Shown: positions 51,999 through 64,000 of the stretch, piece by piece
Position numbering within the stretch: position 1 is the first letter of the stretch
How the letters are laid out: every line of letters starts with the position of its first letter
Assembly: GCA_009103225.1 (NCBI GenBank)
Contig: RHPI01001428.1
Location: 370,158 to 434,157, forward strand
Direction: 5' to 3'
Length of the DNA stretch: 64,000 nucleotides
Source of the DNA: Chlorokybus atmophyticus
Lineage: Eukaryota; Plantae; Mesostigma and Chlorokybus algae
Position numbers and translations under genes: made by a program
The notes under the pieces: model-generated
What the model was told of the DNA's origin: nothing
What the model saw: only the letters and a program-made list of their open reading frames with translations
The model's database searches: none

Positions 51999-54900
51999 TC
52001 ATGGCTCTTCCAACACAGGAAATACGATGCGAGAAGGCAAGTCTGCTCGGCAGTGAATCCAAAGTGTGCGAGGCTTGGACGTGTCGCATCTGAAATGCTT
52101 TGTATCTGCGCCGCCAATTGCAACTCGTATCCTTCTGCCTTGCGCAAAGCGATATGCTATTGGCATAAGCGAGAAACGGACAAGCTCAGGCTCTCCAAGC
52201 CTGAGTGGCTGTGCATCTGCGCGCTCATAACTGTGCCAAGGCAAGTCCTTCAGCTGCGTGTAAGCACGGCGCCCTTGTGGCGTGGACTCTTTGCGATGGG
52301 ACGCCTTGAAGCAGCCCTCTGTTATATATGTTACATTGTCCGCCAAGTCTACCTCCTGTTCATGTCCATACCAGTAAGTAAGCGCACTTACTTGCAAATA
52401 GGTGCATGACACAAGCTATCACAAGTGCATGGTGCAGACACACACCTGTATGTACACAAATAACTCAGCATCCGAATCGCTGGAAGCGACAAAGAGTTCT
52501 GCAACAGCATGGCCAGTGAGCTCCAGGTCATGAGCGAGGGGCTCGCTGGTGTATGTGAGATGGCCGCAGCAGTCCAGCTTGCGGTACTTGATGAAGGCGT
52601 CCACGTTCGTCATGGAGTCCCATCGCGAGTGACCCTCCGGGTGCAGATGGTATTTGACGTGATGAGTATCGATGCCAACACTCGGCAGAGTGGTAGACAA
52701 GCCACCACCTGAACGTAGCGCGTTTGCGTGGATGAGTGTGCCCCTCTCAGGAAGACTTGCATGTCCAAGAGCTACGCAACAGTGCAGTTGCGTTACGATG
52801 ACAGTAATACACTACAATACCAATATCAGATTGTATGCTAGACTACACTCAAAAGGTGGGCATCTTCTTCGCCTGCAACTTATGCACTTCGACATCCAAT
52901 GCCTCGTCATACCTGCGTGCAAGAAGAAAGTCTTCTGTGTAACGCCCGGTGGAGGCCATGTGTCACCATGCCGCCAAATAGATGCCCCTAGGACGAAATA
53001 CGACACGCGCGGCTGCTCGTTGATCACCTCATGCTGTCTCATAAAATTGTTGAAGAAGAGGACAATGTTGCGGGCATGATCAAACCTGGAATACGCCAGT
53101 CAAGTTGTGTAACAGAACTAGGTGCCAAGATACGGTAAACTGCTGACAATCTGGTGATCATGTGCACAGATGTGTGACACAGCTCATGCGCATGAACATG
53201 ACTTATAGAAAAACATGAAGCTGATAAGGACTGCACCTGTGCTTTTCGGTTTTTGCGATCAATGGTACATGCTGAAAGCCGCCGTGATTCCACGGACCAA
53301 TAATCAGGCGTGAGCCATGAGGAGCAGCGTTGCGGAACGCCAATATAGCTGCCTGTACCAATAATTTGTACTGTGGGCATACATCACAGACCACGCTTCC
53401 ATGCGATGCAGCTGTGGGTGCACGTAGAGAAAAGTACACCAGCACAAGTTTTTCTCACCGTGGCAGTGCAGTCCAACCATGCTGAGTAGTAATACATTGG
53501 AACATTGCTGGCTGCTACTGCAGGTGCAAGGTTGAAAGGGCTTGTAGTACAAGCGCAGACCCCAGCCTGCGAGGGACAACATGAAGCTGACATTGCCGCT
53601 CTTGTCAGCCAAGACACAACTGCCCTTACTGCAGCTTACCTGCGGTGAGATGTCGTCGGCAAACTCCATCACCTCGCCATCTTCTGCAGCATTGTAGTTG
53701 TTCAAGTGTTCTTGCACGGCTGCAGACACAATTTGCCTGCCACAGCAAATCTCCAATGAGCAGACCATCTCCAACGTAACAACGACAACAGGTAGATACA
53801 CACACGCAGAAAGTAGATAAATGGCTCCTACCTTCTAGATGAGCGTCTCAACTTGTCTGCAGCTGTTGGAGCGCTGAGGTGGACGCGAACCGGGGTGCTG
53901 TGCACTTGTGTTTGGTGATGGAATCCATTCCCGTCGCTGTGAGATACACCGTTGCCGTGTACTGCCAGATTTGGTTCATGTCGATTGCGAGCGTACTCCT
54001 GGCGCAAAACTGGAGAACTGCTGCGCTCGGGTGGACCAAGAGTTGAACCCGCTGTGCTGTATGTGCCATCCACATGCACCATCGAGGGTGTTGTGGCCGC
54101 AGTGCTCGCCAAACTGTCCGACGGAGAGTCCAGAGAGGGCTCTACACTCCACCTCGCCGTTGGCGGCGTATCAACAGCAGTGCTCGTTTGGCTGTGAGGA
54201 GGGGAAGCCAACTGAGCCGGGTCCAGACTCAACCTGCGTACTGCTTGATGGCCGTCGGCCAACGCTCCACCATTGTGTGGCGATGTGATATAAGCCGAGT
54301 CCAAGCTCAACCTGCGGTTGGCCTCGCGAGCAGTGGCGTACATGGCGTTGGAGTGTATGGACAATCCGGGAAGAGAAGACATTAAGCCTGATGACGAGTC
54401 CACGCTTATGCTCATCCTCCCAAGAAGCTCATGCGAGGGAGCGTCCCTCACGTGCATGGGCAAGCCTTGTCTGGACTTAATGCGCGCCACACCCTTGACC
54501 ACCATAGACATCAACTTCGGGTTGTAAGGCAGCAGGGAGAGGTCATTCATGTCCATAGCAATGCAAATGGCCTGCAAATAATACCAGACTCAACAATCCC
54601 GCATCAATTTTACATGCAGCTCACAAGAGTATTCTATAACGAACTTCGTTATGAAATACTCTTGTGACATTAGCTAATGACCAAAGCACACGCTCACGCG
54701 GAACCATCTCGATGACAGGTACACTAACCGTCCATGCTTCGAGGAAGCTTTTCAACACAATGCCACCATGAGCAATGTCCGCAAACATATCCTACATATT
54801 CACAAGTTTCAGCATCCCATGCACACCCGATTGCACTACCAACAATGTGCTGGATGACAACATGGTTGCGTACCCAAAACATGAACATTGGAGCACATGC

Positions 54901-56585
54901 TTTAACAGCAGGGTGCTGCTGCGCAACAGTGCTGTAGGCTGCTGTTCCATCATAGCTGATGCCTGTTGATACATCAATAAGCGCGAAGCGTGCATCGCAG
55001 ATGGAACAGCAGCAGCAGCTGCCTTACCCCACAAACCCACGCTGCCATTGCTCCATGGCTGCGAAACAATCCAATCTATGACCTCCACACTATCGTATGC
55101 TTCCGACTCCTGCCACGGACTAGACATGAAAACAATGAGCTGTAAGATGGGCTTTCCAGTTCACCATACTGCAACACAGTTGCATTGCTTGAAAAACGGG
55201 TGAGCGGCAAACATGCATGCAGTGTAATGCAGCTTCAGCTATTGCATAGGCATGCATGCAGTGTGTGCACGCAATGCACGCACCGCTGCCATCTGCCGAA
55301 GCTTGCACCTGTTCCGCGGACGTCAACGACAACAACTGCATATCCCGCACCCAGCATAGCTTGTTTGTACACCATATTGATGACGTCAACGGGCCTGAAC
55401 CGATCAAAAACATGTTTGGTTTTATGGGCATTTCGTACTGTTGCCCTCGCAATGTAACTGAACATTTTGATACTGTTGTCCACACAAGTTACTACACCAA
55501 GATCCCGCGATATTACCTTCCGCTATACCGCTTGCTCAAGGGCCACCGAAGCCTCATTGCCCTCATGTAGCGAGTCTGTATTAGTATGGTATTTAGCAAA
55601 ACGAAAGCATAACAAAGTACAGCTCAGGTACAACAGCGGATGATGTTTCTTGGGAAAGACTATGCTTCAAAGTGATGTCCAAACCAACCTGTTGTAGTAT
55701 ACATGGCACAGGCTGCAACACGCTTCCCGGATGCTGCTCATCGCCAGGAAGGTACACATCAATTGCAAGATGCACGCCGTCTCGCATCCGCAAATAATAA
55801 GAGTCATAACTGCATATGTAACAGCGCGTCACACAATGTATGCTGTGACTATTTTGTTTGATGCGGTGCACAATCAACACCAATAGTGCAGGTAGTGATT
55901 AGCACCGCATGTTCGCAGCGGCAATTGAGTGTGTGTATGTGCGTATGTGTGCGCGCGTGCGTTGCATTGCAGCCAGACTCTCTCACAAACAAACTCGCAC
56001 ATGTGTTCACACATGTACGAGTCTGCGAGAGAACAAACGCAACTACAGACACAGGCGCATGCGCGCATGCACTGCCACCAGGCACGCGCGCAGGCTCACA
56101 CACGCTTGTCTGCCTGTGCTTGCATATGTGTGCGTAAGGGCACATACCTCAATATGCACAACACACATATGCGAGTATGTGCGAATCTCTATTCGGTGGC
56201 CTACTAAGATGCGCGTCTTAACAATCTGCCTTCGCAGACAATTTGGCATGGTTGCTTTGCAGCTTCAGTCATGAGAATACCTAAAGTACCACGCACCAAG
56301 CTGTGACGTGGATGTGAAAGCGCCTGTGACAGCTGCTGTTCAAACGCAAACGTACAATATGTGCCGTTACATGCCACACCTGCACTTTTTGAACCGGTGT
56401 TCAACAATAGAAGTTGCTGGTAGCGCCTGCTTGAGAAGATCAGGATCCCAGTGCACATCCGTGAGCTCATGCTTTCGCGACCGCCCCCACCTGGCGCTTG
56501 CACTGGTGCTGGTACCTGTGCTTGTGCTCGTGCTCGTGCTTGCGCTTGTGCTGGCGCTGTGCTTGCTGCTACTTTGCTTGCCCAT
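51999..56585 (-). CDS. CocE/NonD-family alpha/beta hydrolase, paralogue 2
   Basis: MRDGVHLAIDVYLP, DVRGTGASFG, WSNGSVGLWG|ISYDG, AWLDCTA, GPWNHGG, and C-terminal TYITEGCFKASHRK...YRFAQGRRIRVAIGGADTKHF...PSRIVFP. Probable start MGKQSSS at 56585. Confidence 0.88.
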
Positions 56586-56677
56586 GTGTGCCACGTCTCG
56601 GCCTTTCCCCAAACGAGGATGCGGTGGCGGCGGCGGCGACCAAGCCCGGAAGCCACCGCCTGTAAACCACCAAGCTC

Positions 56678-57062
56678 AAACCCTAACGCCAATCTACAGC
56701 TAGCTGCACCCCTGTTTGTCACAGTGATCTCAGAGACTGCAGGCATCGTTTTCTGCTCCGCCTCGGGCGACCATCGGACAGTCGAACAACGCTTGCACGA
56801 GACCCGAAGTATGTGGAGGTGGTTCCGTACCGAGCCAGCGACATCGCCTCCACCACCACCGCCGCCGCCGCCGCCACCGCCACCACTAGCCGAATCTCTC
56901 TCCCCTTCCACGTGATGATGTGACTGAGAGTGAATGTTGTTGCACAATTTGCGTTGCATTTGTCTGCACCGTGAGTTTTTCCCTCACTCACATAAGGCCG
57001 ATATCGTCGTTGTTATCTGAATACTTGTTGGCTTTAATATCGGTGATAGAACCCAACCCTAA
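56678..57062 (+). promoter_or_regulatory. Telo-box-like motifs (AAACCCTAA 56678; AACCCTAA 57055) between CocE2 and SNRNP27
   Basis: Motif matches in the divergent intergenic/5' region. Confidence 0.45.
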
Positions 57063-57190
57063 TCAGTTGCTAACCCTACCTCTGCGATCACTGGCTGGGT
57101 TGTTGGCGGTGGCGGTGGCGCCGGCGGAGTTGTTTGCGGAGGCCGTTGCGGGGTGGGCGGCGCTGTCATTGTGAGAACCGCCTCTTCTGC

Positions 57191-58822
57191 ATGGCACGCT
57201 CGTCTTCGCCATCGCCCAGACCAGGTAATGTGGAGTTGAGGGGCAAAGGCTGAGCAGTGACTGCGTCTGAATGAGCCTTACCATTTGCGTGTGTTGGCTG
57301 CTCTGTCAGTGTATAACATGGTTGTTCCTTAGATATTTCACCTTGGCGGTGTACTAGATGCGTCGTTAAGGAGGTTTTGCACTTGTCATGCTGAGTCCCA
57401 GTGCATTTTTGTGAGCGACTGTGCTCCGCTGCTCCGATGGCAATTGGGGTCCGTCCTCGAATTAACAACTGAACAACTTCACATGGTTCCAGAGGCATGC
57501 AGCCATTAACGGGCGGTGTTCAGCCGCCCATTTGTGGGTGCAATCGGCTGGCAACAAAAATGACATGCTGGCGCGCTATGTGCCCTTGCAAAGGCAGTTT
57601 GGTGTTGCTTGCGTCGCTGCTCAAGTTTCCCATTGCATTGATCATTGCATTCTGATCAAAGCTCGTTATGGTTGTTTCAGACAGCCGCAAAGACAGAGAC
57701 AAAGAAAAGGATCGCGACAGGGATAGAGGCCGAGACAGGGATAGAGATAAAGATCGAGACAAAGACAGAGAACGGGAGCGAGACCGGGATAGGGTTAGGG
57801 ATAGGGAAAGGGAAAGAGACAGGGGTAGGGATAAAGATAGAGATAGAGACAGAGCCAGGGATAGGGACAGAGACAGGGAGAGAGAGCGTCACAAACGGCG
57901 CGACGACGGTGATGGTGATCGGGAGCGCCGCAGACGGGACCGGGGGTCAGACTCTCCAGGTGTGTGCAGAGTTGGAGTGCTCACGCATGCCTTGCACGAG
58001 CAATGTGCAAATTTGCTTCATGCGCATGCTGCATGGTGCTGTCTGCGTGGCCAGGTTGACTGCACGGTTGTGCTGGGCTCAATGCCAGTTGATTCATGGC
58101 AGATGTACGCAAACGGCGGCGTGAGAGGTCATTGTCTCCAGTTGCCAATCGCTCACGCCGCACGCACACACCCAGCGCATCCCCACCACCCAAGCGCAAG
58201 GCAGCAGACAGCCGATCGGCATCCCCCGCTGTGAAGCGTCGCGCTCTTAGTCGCTCGCTGTCACCGGCCAAGCTCTCAAGACAAGTCGCATCCGCCAACC
58301 TGCCGCCCCCGCCTCCAAGAGTACGCGTTTTTGCTTGTAACTGTTTCGTACAGAATTGCTTCAACATCCAAACCTCACACTCTTTGTGGTGTTCAGTCTG
58401 CAGATGGAGCCGGGCCGCCACCAGCTTCCGGTGCAGGTGCAACTGCCTCTCAAGATGAATTGAAGTCCCAACTCGTTGAAATGGACCCGGAGGAGGAAGC
58501 GAAGTTGATGAAGATATTTGGGATTCCAAAAGGTTTCGACACTACCAAGGTAATGACGCTTCCACAAACTGCTGCCAGCTCTGTCTGGTTGGAGTGTTGG
58601 GGTTTTTACCAACGTGTGGTATGCTCAGGGGCACCATGTGGAGGGAGCAAACCAGTCTGCAACAAAGATAACAAGCAAGCGTCAGGCACGGCAATACATG
58701 AACCGCAGAGGTAACTTTGGTGCCTCTGTTGATATGCATGCATGCATGACAATCGACCGCTTACCTTGTCATCGTGTGCAGGTGGCTTCAACCGCCCGCT
58801 ACCTGCAGAAATCAACAAGTGA
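57191..58822 (+). CDS. SNRNP27: U4/U6.U5 tri-snRNP 27-kDa protein (RS/RD-rich, DUF1777-like C-terminus)
   Basis: MARSSSPSPRPD|SRKDRD... RD/RE repeats. C-terminus EEEAKLMKIFGIPKGFDTTK|GHHVEGANQSATKITSKRQARQYMNRRG|GFNRPLPAEINK*. Confidence 0.88.
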
Positions 58823-59411
58823 TGTGCGAACGCATGCTTGTAACACACCCTGTATTGAGACGGCATGCTGCAGCATCTCTTTACCTGTCCGGTTGCATGT
58901 ATGTCAATGCATGTCACTTGTGTGATGAGTGTCTCATTGCGTGTGCACATATCACAGCAAAAGCGTGGCAACAGCGTCCACCTTTGTGCATGTGTTGGTT
59001 TGCTGTGAGTGTGGCCTGGTGGTTACGGAGGTGTCCATATGTGGCAAACCATTGCTTCCGCCATCAGTAGCAGCTCAGGCATTACAGGCACTCATGGAAG
59101 CACACAGCTTTCTGCAAGGCGCAATTATGTTCACTCCAGAATGAGGTATTCTTGAAGAAATGAGGGATTGAAAGATCCTTGAGACTGATGGGACCTCCAC
59201 AGCTGGGCAGCTTGCAACCCATAAGTAAGCAGTGTTGTGCATCTGCATTGTACTTGCAACGCTATTACGCTTCAGTACTGCAATTGCGGAAATAAACTGT
59301 ACTGTGCTGTGCGGCACAGTACTGTGCATTGATCATGTATAGCAGCCCCAGCCCCTGATCTGATAATCCAGGGGCAAGGGTTCTTTGCTTGTTCCGGTTT
59401 TGGTAATAGTG

Positions 59412-61496
59412 CTACCCAGCGGCTGTAAGCTGATTGTACGCCAGAAGTGCAGCGCCCACAGCGGCTTCCACCTGAGTAGATTGCAAGTCAGCGATACGTC
59501 CTCACACCACAGCACTCTTCCAACAGATTAGGCAAACATTCCCAACACTTGCTTTGGGATGCACAATGCGAGCGCGTGGAACCATATGTTGGAGCTCAAA
59601 TGTCACCATCCGAGCCATTTTCCCGCCCTGCGCGAGCAACCCTCCTTCAAGCACAAGTGGGAACTCCCCTGCACACACGCCACCATTCAGGACACCCACA
59701 TATAGATCCTACCAACCTACCACTAGGTACAGTACTCTCACCCTCTTCGCCAAGCCCGAGCCGTAGCGCCACAGCCTTGGCGCTTGTCGCAAGCTCTCGA
59801 GCGCCATCCTCCGCAATGTTTTGAGCTTCCGCATCACCCCCTCCATCGTTGCAAAGTGCCAAAACAACTGGTGCCAGTGCCGCTACCCTCGCCCAGGACG
59901 TGTCTGCATACCGCCAGCTGTACGAAGTTTTAAAAAGTAGTGATACAAGCGCCCTCCACAAAGGTTGTGCTTGCGCGAATGCGTGTGTGCGTGCGTGCGC
60001 GTGCTGTGAGTTACCCTATCAAGTCTTCAGGTTTCTCCAATCCCAGCTCCGACAGCACCGCTCGTGTGAGTCTCTCTGCCGGTCGGCCCCTGCCATCATG
60101 TGCCCTTGCCACTGCCTCCAATGCTGCGTTCCCCAGTGCGTACCCACTGGACAGACATTACTCATGTTACAATGCCTGGGACGTGGGTGTCACGCATGCA
60201 AAGCTAACCTCCCAGCGTCACCAAATCCCGGCCCCCAGCCGGAGGCCCTCGCGCGGGAGCCATCCTTGCCCACACCCAGGGCCACGGTGCCCGTGCCGGC
60301 AATGAGCACGCATGCATTGGGCAGCCGGCCCTCCGTGCCTGCTGCCAGAGCAGCCAGCGCATCATTGTGAATAGAGAACAACGGCGCCGGGTCACGGAAC
60401 AACGGCCTGCACACAGCACACAAGCATCAGCACAACGACGAGACCGAGCTAACTCTACATAATCATACATTCCCACACGCACACATCAGCAGCAGCCTTG
60501 GTTTTTTGGTACGCACAGGTATGCACGCGTATGTGCACGCACACGCACTTGGGCGTTTGCGTGACAAACATACACACGCTGCTTGCACCTGAGCCAGCCT
60601 TTGACCCTCTCATCATCTCCTGGTCTGTCAACACCCGCCAAGCCTGCCCCCACCGCCGCGACGCCCTCAATCAGTGGCAGCTCCCCCTCTTCCCCCTCTC
60701 TCAGTCCCTCCTGCCGCTGCTCGCCCTGCTCATCCTGCTCTTCTGCCTCTCCATCTGTTCTCCGCATTGCAAGCCGTATGGCTCTTTGCAGCGCCGCACA
60801 CGCCGCTTCCGCTGCACATGCACGTAGCGGAGGGTGTGGGTGTCAATTTTGGAAGCAATCTAGGCGGTTATGAAGCATGCACAGGCACCTCCATATGATT
60901 GATGAAAACATGCAGTGCACTGACACACGCATATGCTCTTGCATATGCAGTGTCTGATTGTGGTGTTGGGCTCAATGACATTGTGCTGCATGCGTGCATG
61001 AGACAGAGTACTGTGCATGTGTTCTGTCATGTTGACCACCAAGCTGCACCTCCGAGTACTCAATACCGAGATCTAGTACACGCACGCACGCGCCAACGCA
61101 CCATCCAATAGCGAGCCTCACACTGATGCATGCAGCATATGCAGCACATTCTTCGTACAGACGCGCACACGCACACAAGATGGCAGTGATTGGCAGTGAG
61201 TCATTGCTTGAATGCATGCAGTGTAGACTCTGCAGTCTGGAGCCGCCATCACATGGAGTGATCATCACCATAAAGAGCATTGAGCATTGAGCGAGTCATT
61301 GGCATCTAGTGAGTGTGTCAGCTGGCAGTGCAGGTGTGCGACACTTACCGCCCACGCTGTTGACATTCGAGCAGCCGGTGACGCCTCGCCCAACCACCTC
61401 CCACGCCACGCCGCCCTCGCCGCCGTCATCACGAACTTGCAGGCGGACGCACACAGTCTTGGTGCCACCGCCGTCTATGCCCAGCACCTCCACCAT
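59412..61496 (-). CDS. NAGK: BadF/BadG-type ATPase, N-acetylglucosamine kinase-like
   Basis: VLGIDGGGTKT, GCSNVNSVG, GLAGVDRP, HNDALAALAAGT, LIAGTG, RASGWGPGFGDAG|SGYALG, WARVAALAP, and terminal VEAAVGAALLA. Confidence 0.88.
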
Positions 61497-61641
61497 TTCC
61501 GCCGCTGCCGCCGCCGCCGCTGGCCAATGCGGCAGACCACGACACCAGCTTCATTGTCGGCGGCGTCGGCGGCGTCGGCGTGGTTGAGAGCGTTGTTAAG
61601 GTGTTGTCGTCATGTCTAGCTGGAGCCCACGATGAGGACTA

Positions 61642-62738
61642 ATGGCGGACGACGGCGGCGATGACGCCCCGCTGCCGCCGCCCAAGGAAGGCCTGGACGT
61701 CCGCCCTGTCCGCCTGCCCCCTCAACAGGTTTGGTTCAGAAGCACCACCTTATCATCCCCCTCACATACACAAGATAATCGTTATCAACTCCTCCTCCTC
61801 CTCCTTCTGCTCCTCATTGCCATGCAGCCATGCTGCTCATTGCAAGCCAGCAGTACAGTAGTGTAACCAGTACCTCCACTCCTTTCAGCCCCCCAAGTCC
61901 CAACACGCATTGACTGACTTCTCAACTCTCTGCGCGTGCATGCGTCTTGCAGATCATAGCAGAGAAGTTCTCCTCCTTTTTCCATCAAGGCACACCCAGC
62001 ACACCCACCAACAACCCCACCACCATCTCCAACCCGCTGCAGCACCTCGAGCGTCTGTGGAGGCGGTTTGCGGGCGAGGGCGGCAACTCAAGTCAACGCG
62101 GGTACGTGCGTGGACTGTTTGGGCCGCGCGAAGGGTCCGTGTGCCGTGCGTGCGAGGGGACAGGACGCGTGGTTTGCTCCAACTGTGGCGGACGCGGACG
62201 CCACCCTGTGCAGGTGAGCTGGGGAATCTGGTTTCTGTTGTGCCTTCATTGGTGGTTTAGTTTTGAATGAGACATGCAATTGTCCATTCTAGTTGAGTAA
62301 CTTGGAACTGGGGTACTTGTCAGAGTAAGACAGCCACGCGTGGTTGTTTGTTGGCAATTGCTATCCAGATGTTAACAACGTCTGCAGTTGACATAGAGAC
62401 AGTAGCAAGTTTCTTGATCGTGTGTATATACGGTTGGCAGGTATCATCAGGCGACTTTTGGCAGCGCCGTTCTCATCAGGACCCGTACGCAAGGTGCGTT
62501 GGGGTTGTTGTACCGCTGCTCACGAGTGACGATGACTGCTTTGGGATGCATGAGATTATCAGAACAACGTGACAGGTGCGGGGAGAGTTGCATGGAGCAG
62601 GCGTCAGGGCCCTCGCCATACTCGACCAAGTACGTGTCCTGCCCGTACTGCATCGGGGAGGTGCCGGGCCTGCGCTTTCCCGGGAACACCGGTATGAGGG
62701 CGTGCCCACACTGCGCCAGCGGCACTCTCGTTGCTTGA
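61642..62738 (+). CDS. DnaJ-type zinc-finger (CxxCxGxG) protein lacking a recognisable J domain
   Basis: CRACEGTG, CSNCGGRG, CPYCIG and CPHCASG across spliced exons; divergent from NAGK. Confidence 0.62.
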
Positions 62739-63430
62739 AACAGACATCGAGTGAGAGAAAGCAACTTTGTGCGACAGTTGGCTGGTGTTGACTAGTTGTT
62801 GTGTCACCTGCTGGTCGCGATCAGCTGACATGGCCTCTGTAGACATGCATGATGAGACATGCGCAAGGTTGGAAGCAAGTCTGAACATGGGCTTATGCAC
62901 CTTCTGGTCGTCTTGCAACTGGTGTCAAGGTGTTGCGAATTGGAGACGTGCCATACAACCCGTTAGGCAACTGTCAAGCGGTTAGTTCGCTCAACAAAAC
63001 ATGAGTGCATCAACAGTTTTTCACACAGGGCTTCACTTGTGTCATGCAGGGCATCGCAGCCCATCATTTGTGGCACCCGTGTGGATCTTCATTAGGTACC
63101 TTTTGCTTCAGTGTGATGCATACCTGCATGCCTTACGGGGAGGTCTAGACTAGTGTAGTGTAGTGTAGTGAGGTTGGAACAAACAGTGTGTGTAGCCTGG
63201 TGGTTGTGTTGCAATGTGCTTGCACGCTGGTTGGCACGCGGTTGAGTGATGTCAGGCATATCTACAACTGCTAGCGACATACCCTGTGCATTTAGCCTTG
63301 ATGCATGCATTTCAATTGCTTGTTGATCTCAAGAATTTAAGTGCATGATTGCACTCCCTGTCAGTTTTTTTGTAAATTTGCTGTGTTGTTTGTAAGTGTT
63401 GGCAGTACACCTGCTTGATTATTAGGCGGG

Positions 63431-63674
63431 NNNNNNNNNNNNNNNNNNNNNNNNNNNNNNNNNNNNNNNNNNNNNNNNNNNNNNNNNNNNNNNNNNNNNN
63501 NNNNNNNNNNNNNNNNNNNNNNNNNNNNNNNNNNNNNNNNNNNNNNNNNNNNNNNNNNNNNNNNNNNNNNNNNNNNNNNNNNNNNNNNNNNNNNNNNNNN
63601 NNNNNNNNNNNNNNNNNNNNNNNNNNNNNNNNNNNNNNNNNNNNNNNNNNNNNNNNNNNNNNNNNNNNNNNNNN
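63431..63674. other. Assembly gap (N run); other Ns at 7864-7898, 38916, 45782, 46274 and 50500
   Basis: N characters. Confidence 0.99.
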
Positions 63675-64000
63675 GGGGGGGCGCACTCTGCAAGCTCAGT
63701 CCAGGTTGTAGACTGGGCTGACAGCTGTTTTACATACCAATGCAAAACGTCCGCGGCATGCAGCACGCAAAAGGCTGCACCTTTCACGGGTGTGTCTTTA
63801 CCCCGACTCACAGCCTCTGAATGGACAGCACGGCCATGGATCTCAGTGCCGAACCTCACAGCGGAGTCTGAACTGCCTGGCGTGCTACCAGACAATTCCA
63901 TGCAGTAACACTGTGTTGTCATGCCAGCGCCTTGACAACAGGAGACCGTCAATGCGAGACTCACCACAATACAGCTCTGAAACAGCACGCCATCCCAATG

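Noticed and set aside
63312-63988. ORFs spanning the terminal gap
   Set aside because: Open only because of Ns; no homology evident.

Overview
Eukaryotic, intron-rich nuclear DNA from the green lineage. The plant-type BIG ARF-GEF, AAACCCTAA telo-boxes and chromovirus point to an alga, possibly an early-diverging streptophyte; species identity cannot be established from the sequence alone. About 11 compact genes are present, mostly in head-to-head pairs: a BIG/Sec7 ARF-GEF (runs off the window start), an LYR protein, a possible MULE/FAR1-derived protein, a degenerate Cps1/HAS-like GT2, NDUFA8, two CocE/NonD hydrolase paralogues, SNRNP27, a GlcNAc-kinase-like BadF ATPase, a DnaJ-type zinc-finger protein and several hypotheticals. 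The 32-51 kb interval is a transposon island. It holds a 13.5-kb three-LTR Ty3/gypsy chromovirus composite bounded by a GTTAT target-site duplication, inserted into the arm of a microsatellite-flanked ~200-bp foldback element. In both chromovirus copies gag and pol are in frame across a single UAG, followed by a putative degenerate adenine-methyltransferase-like domain. The island also contains two unrelated miniature LTR (TRIM-like) families. Each shows a tRNA-type Pol III promoter split across the LTR/PBS junction (A box in the LTR, B box behind the PBS), which is the most novel-looking signal. All homology calls are by-eye motif recognition; no searches were run.
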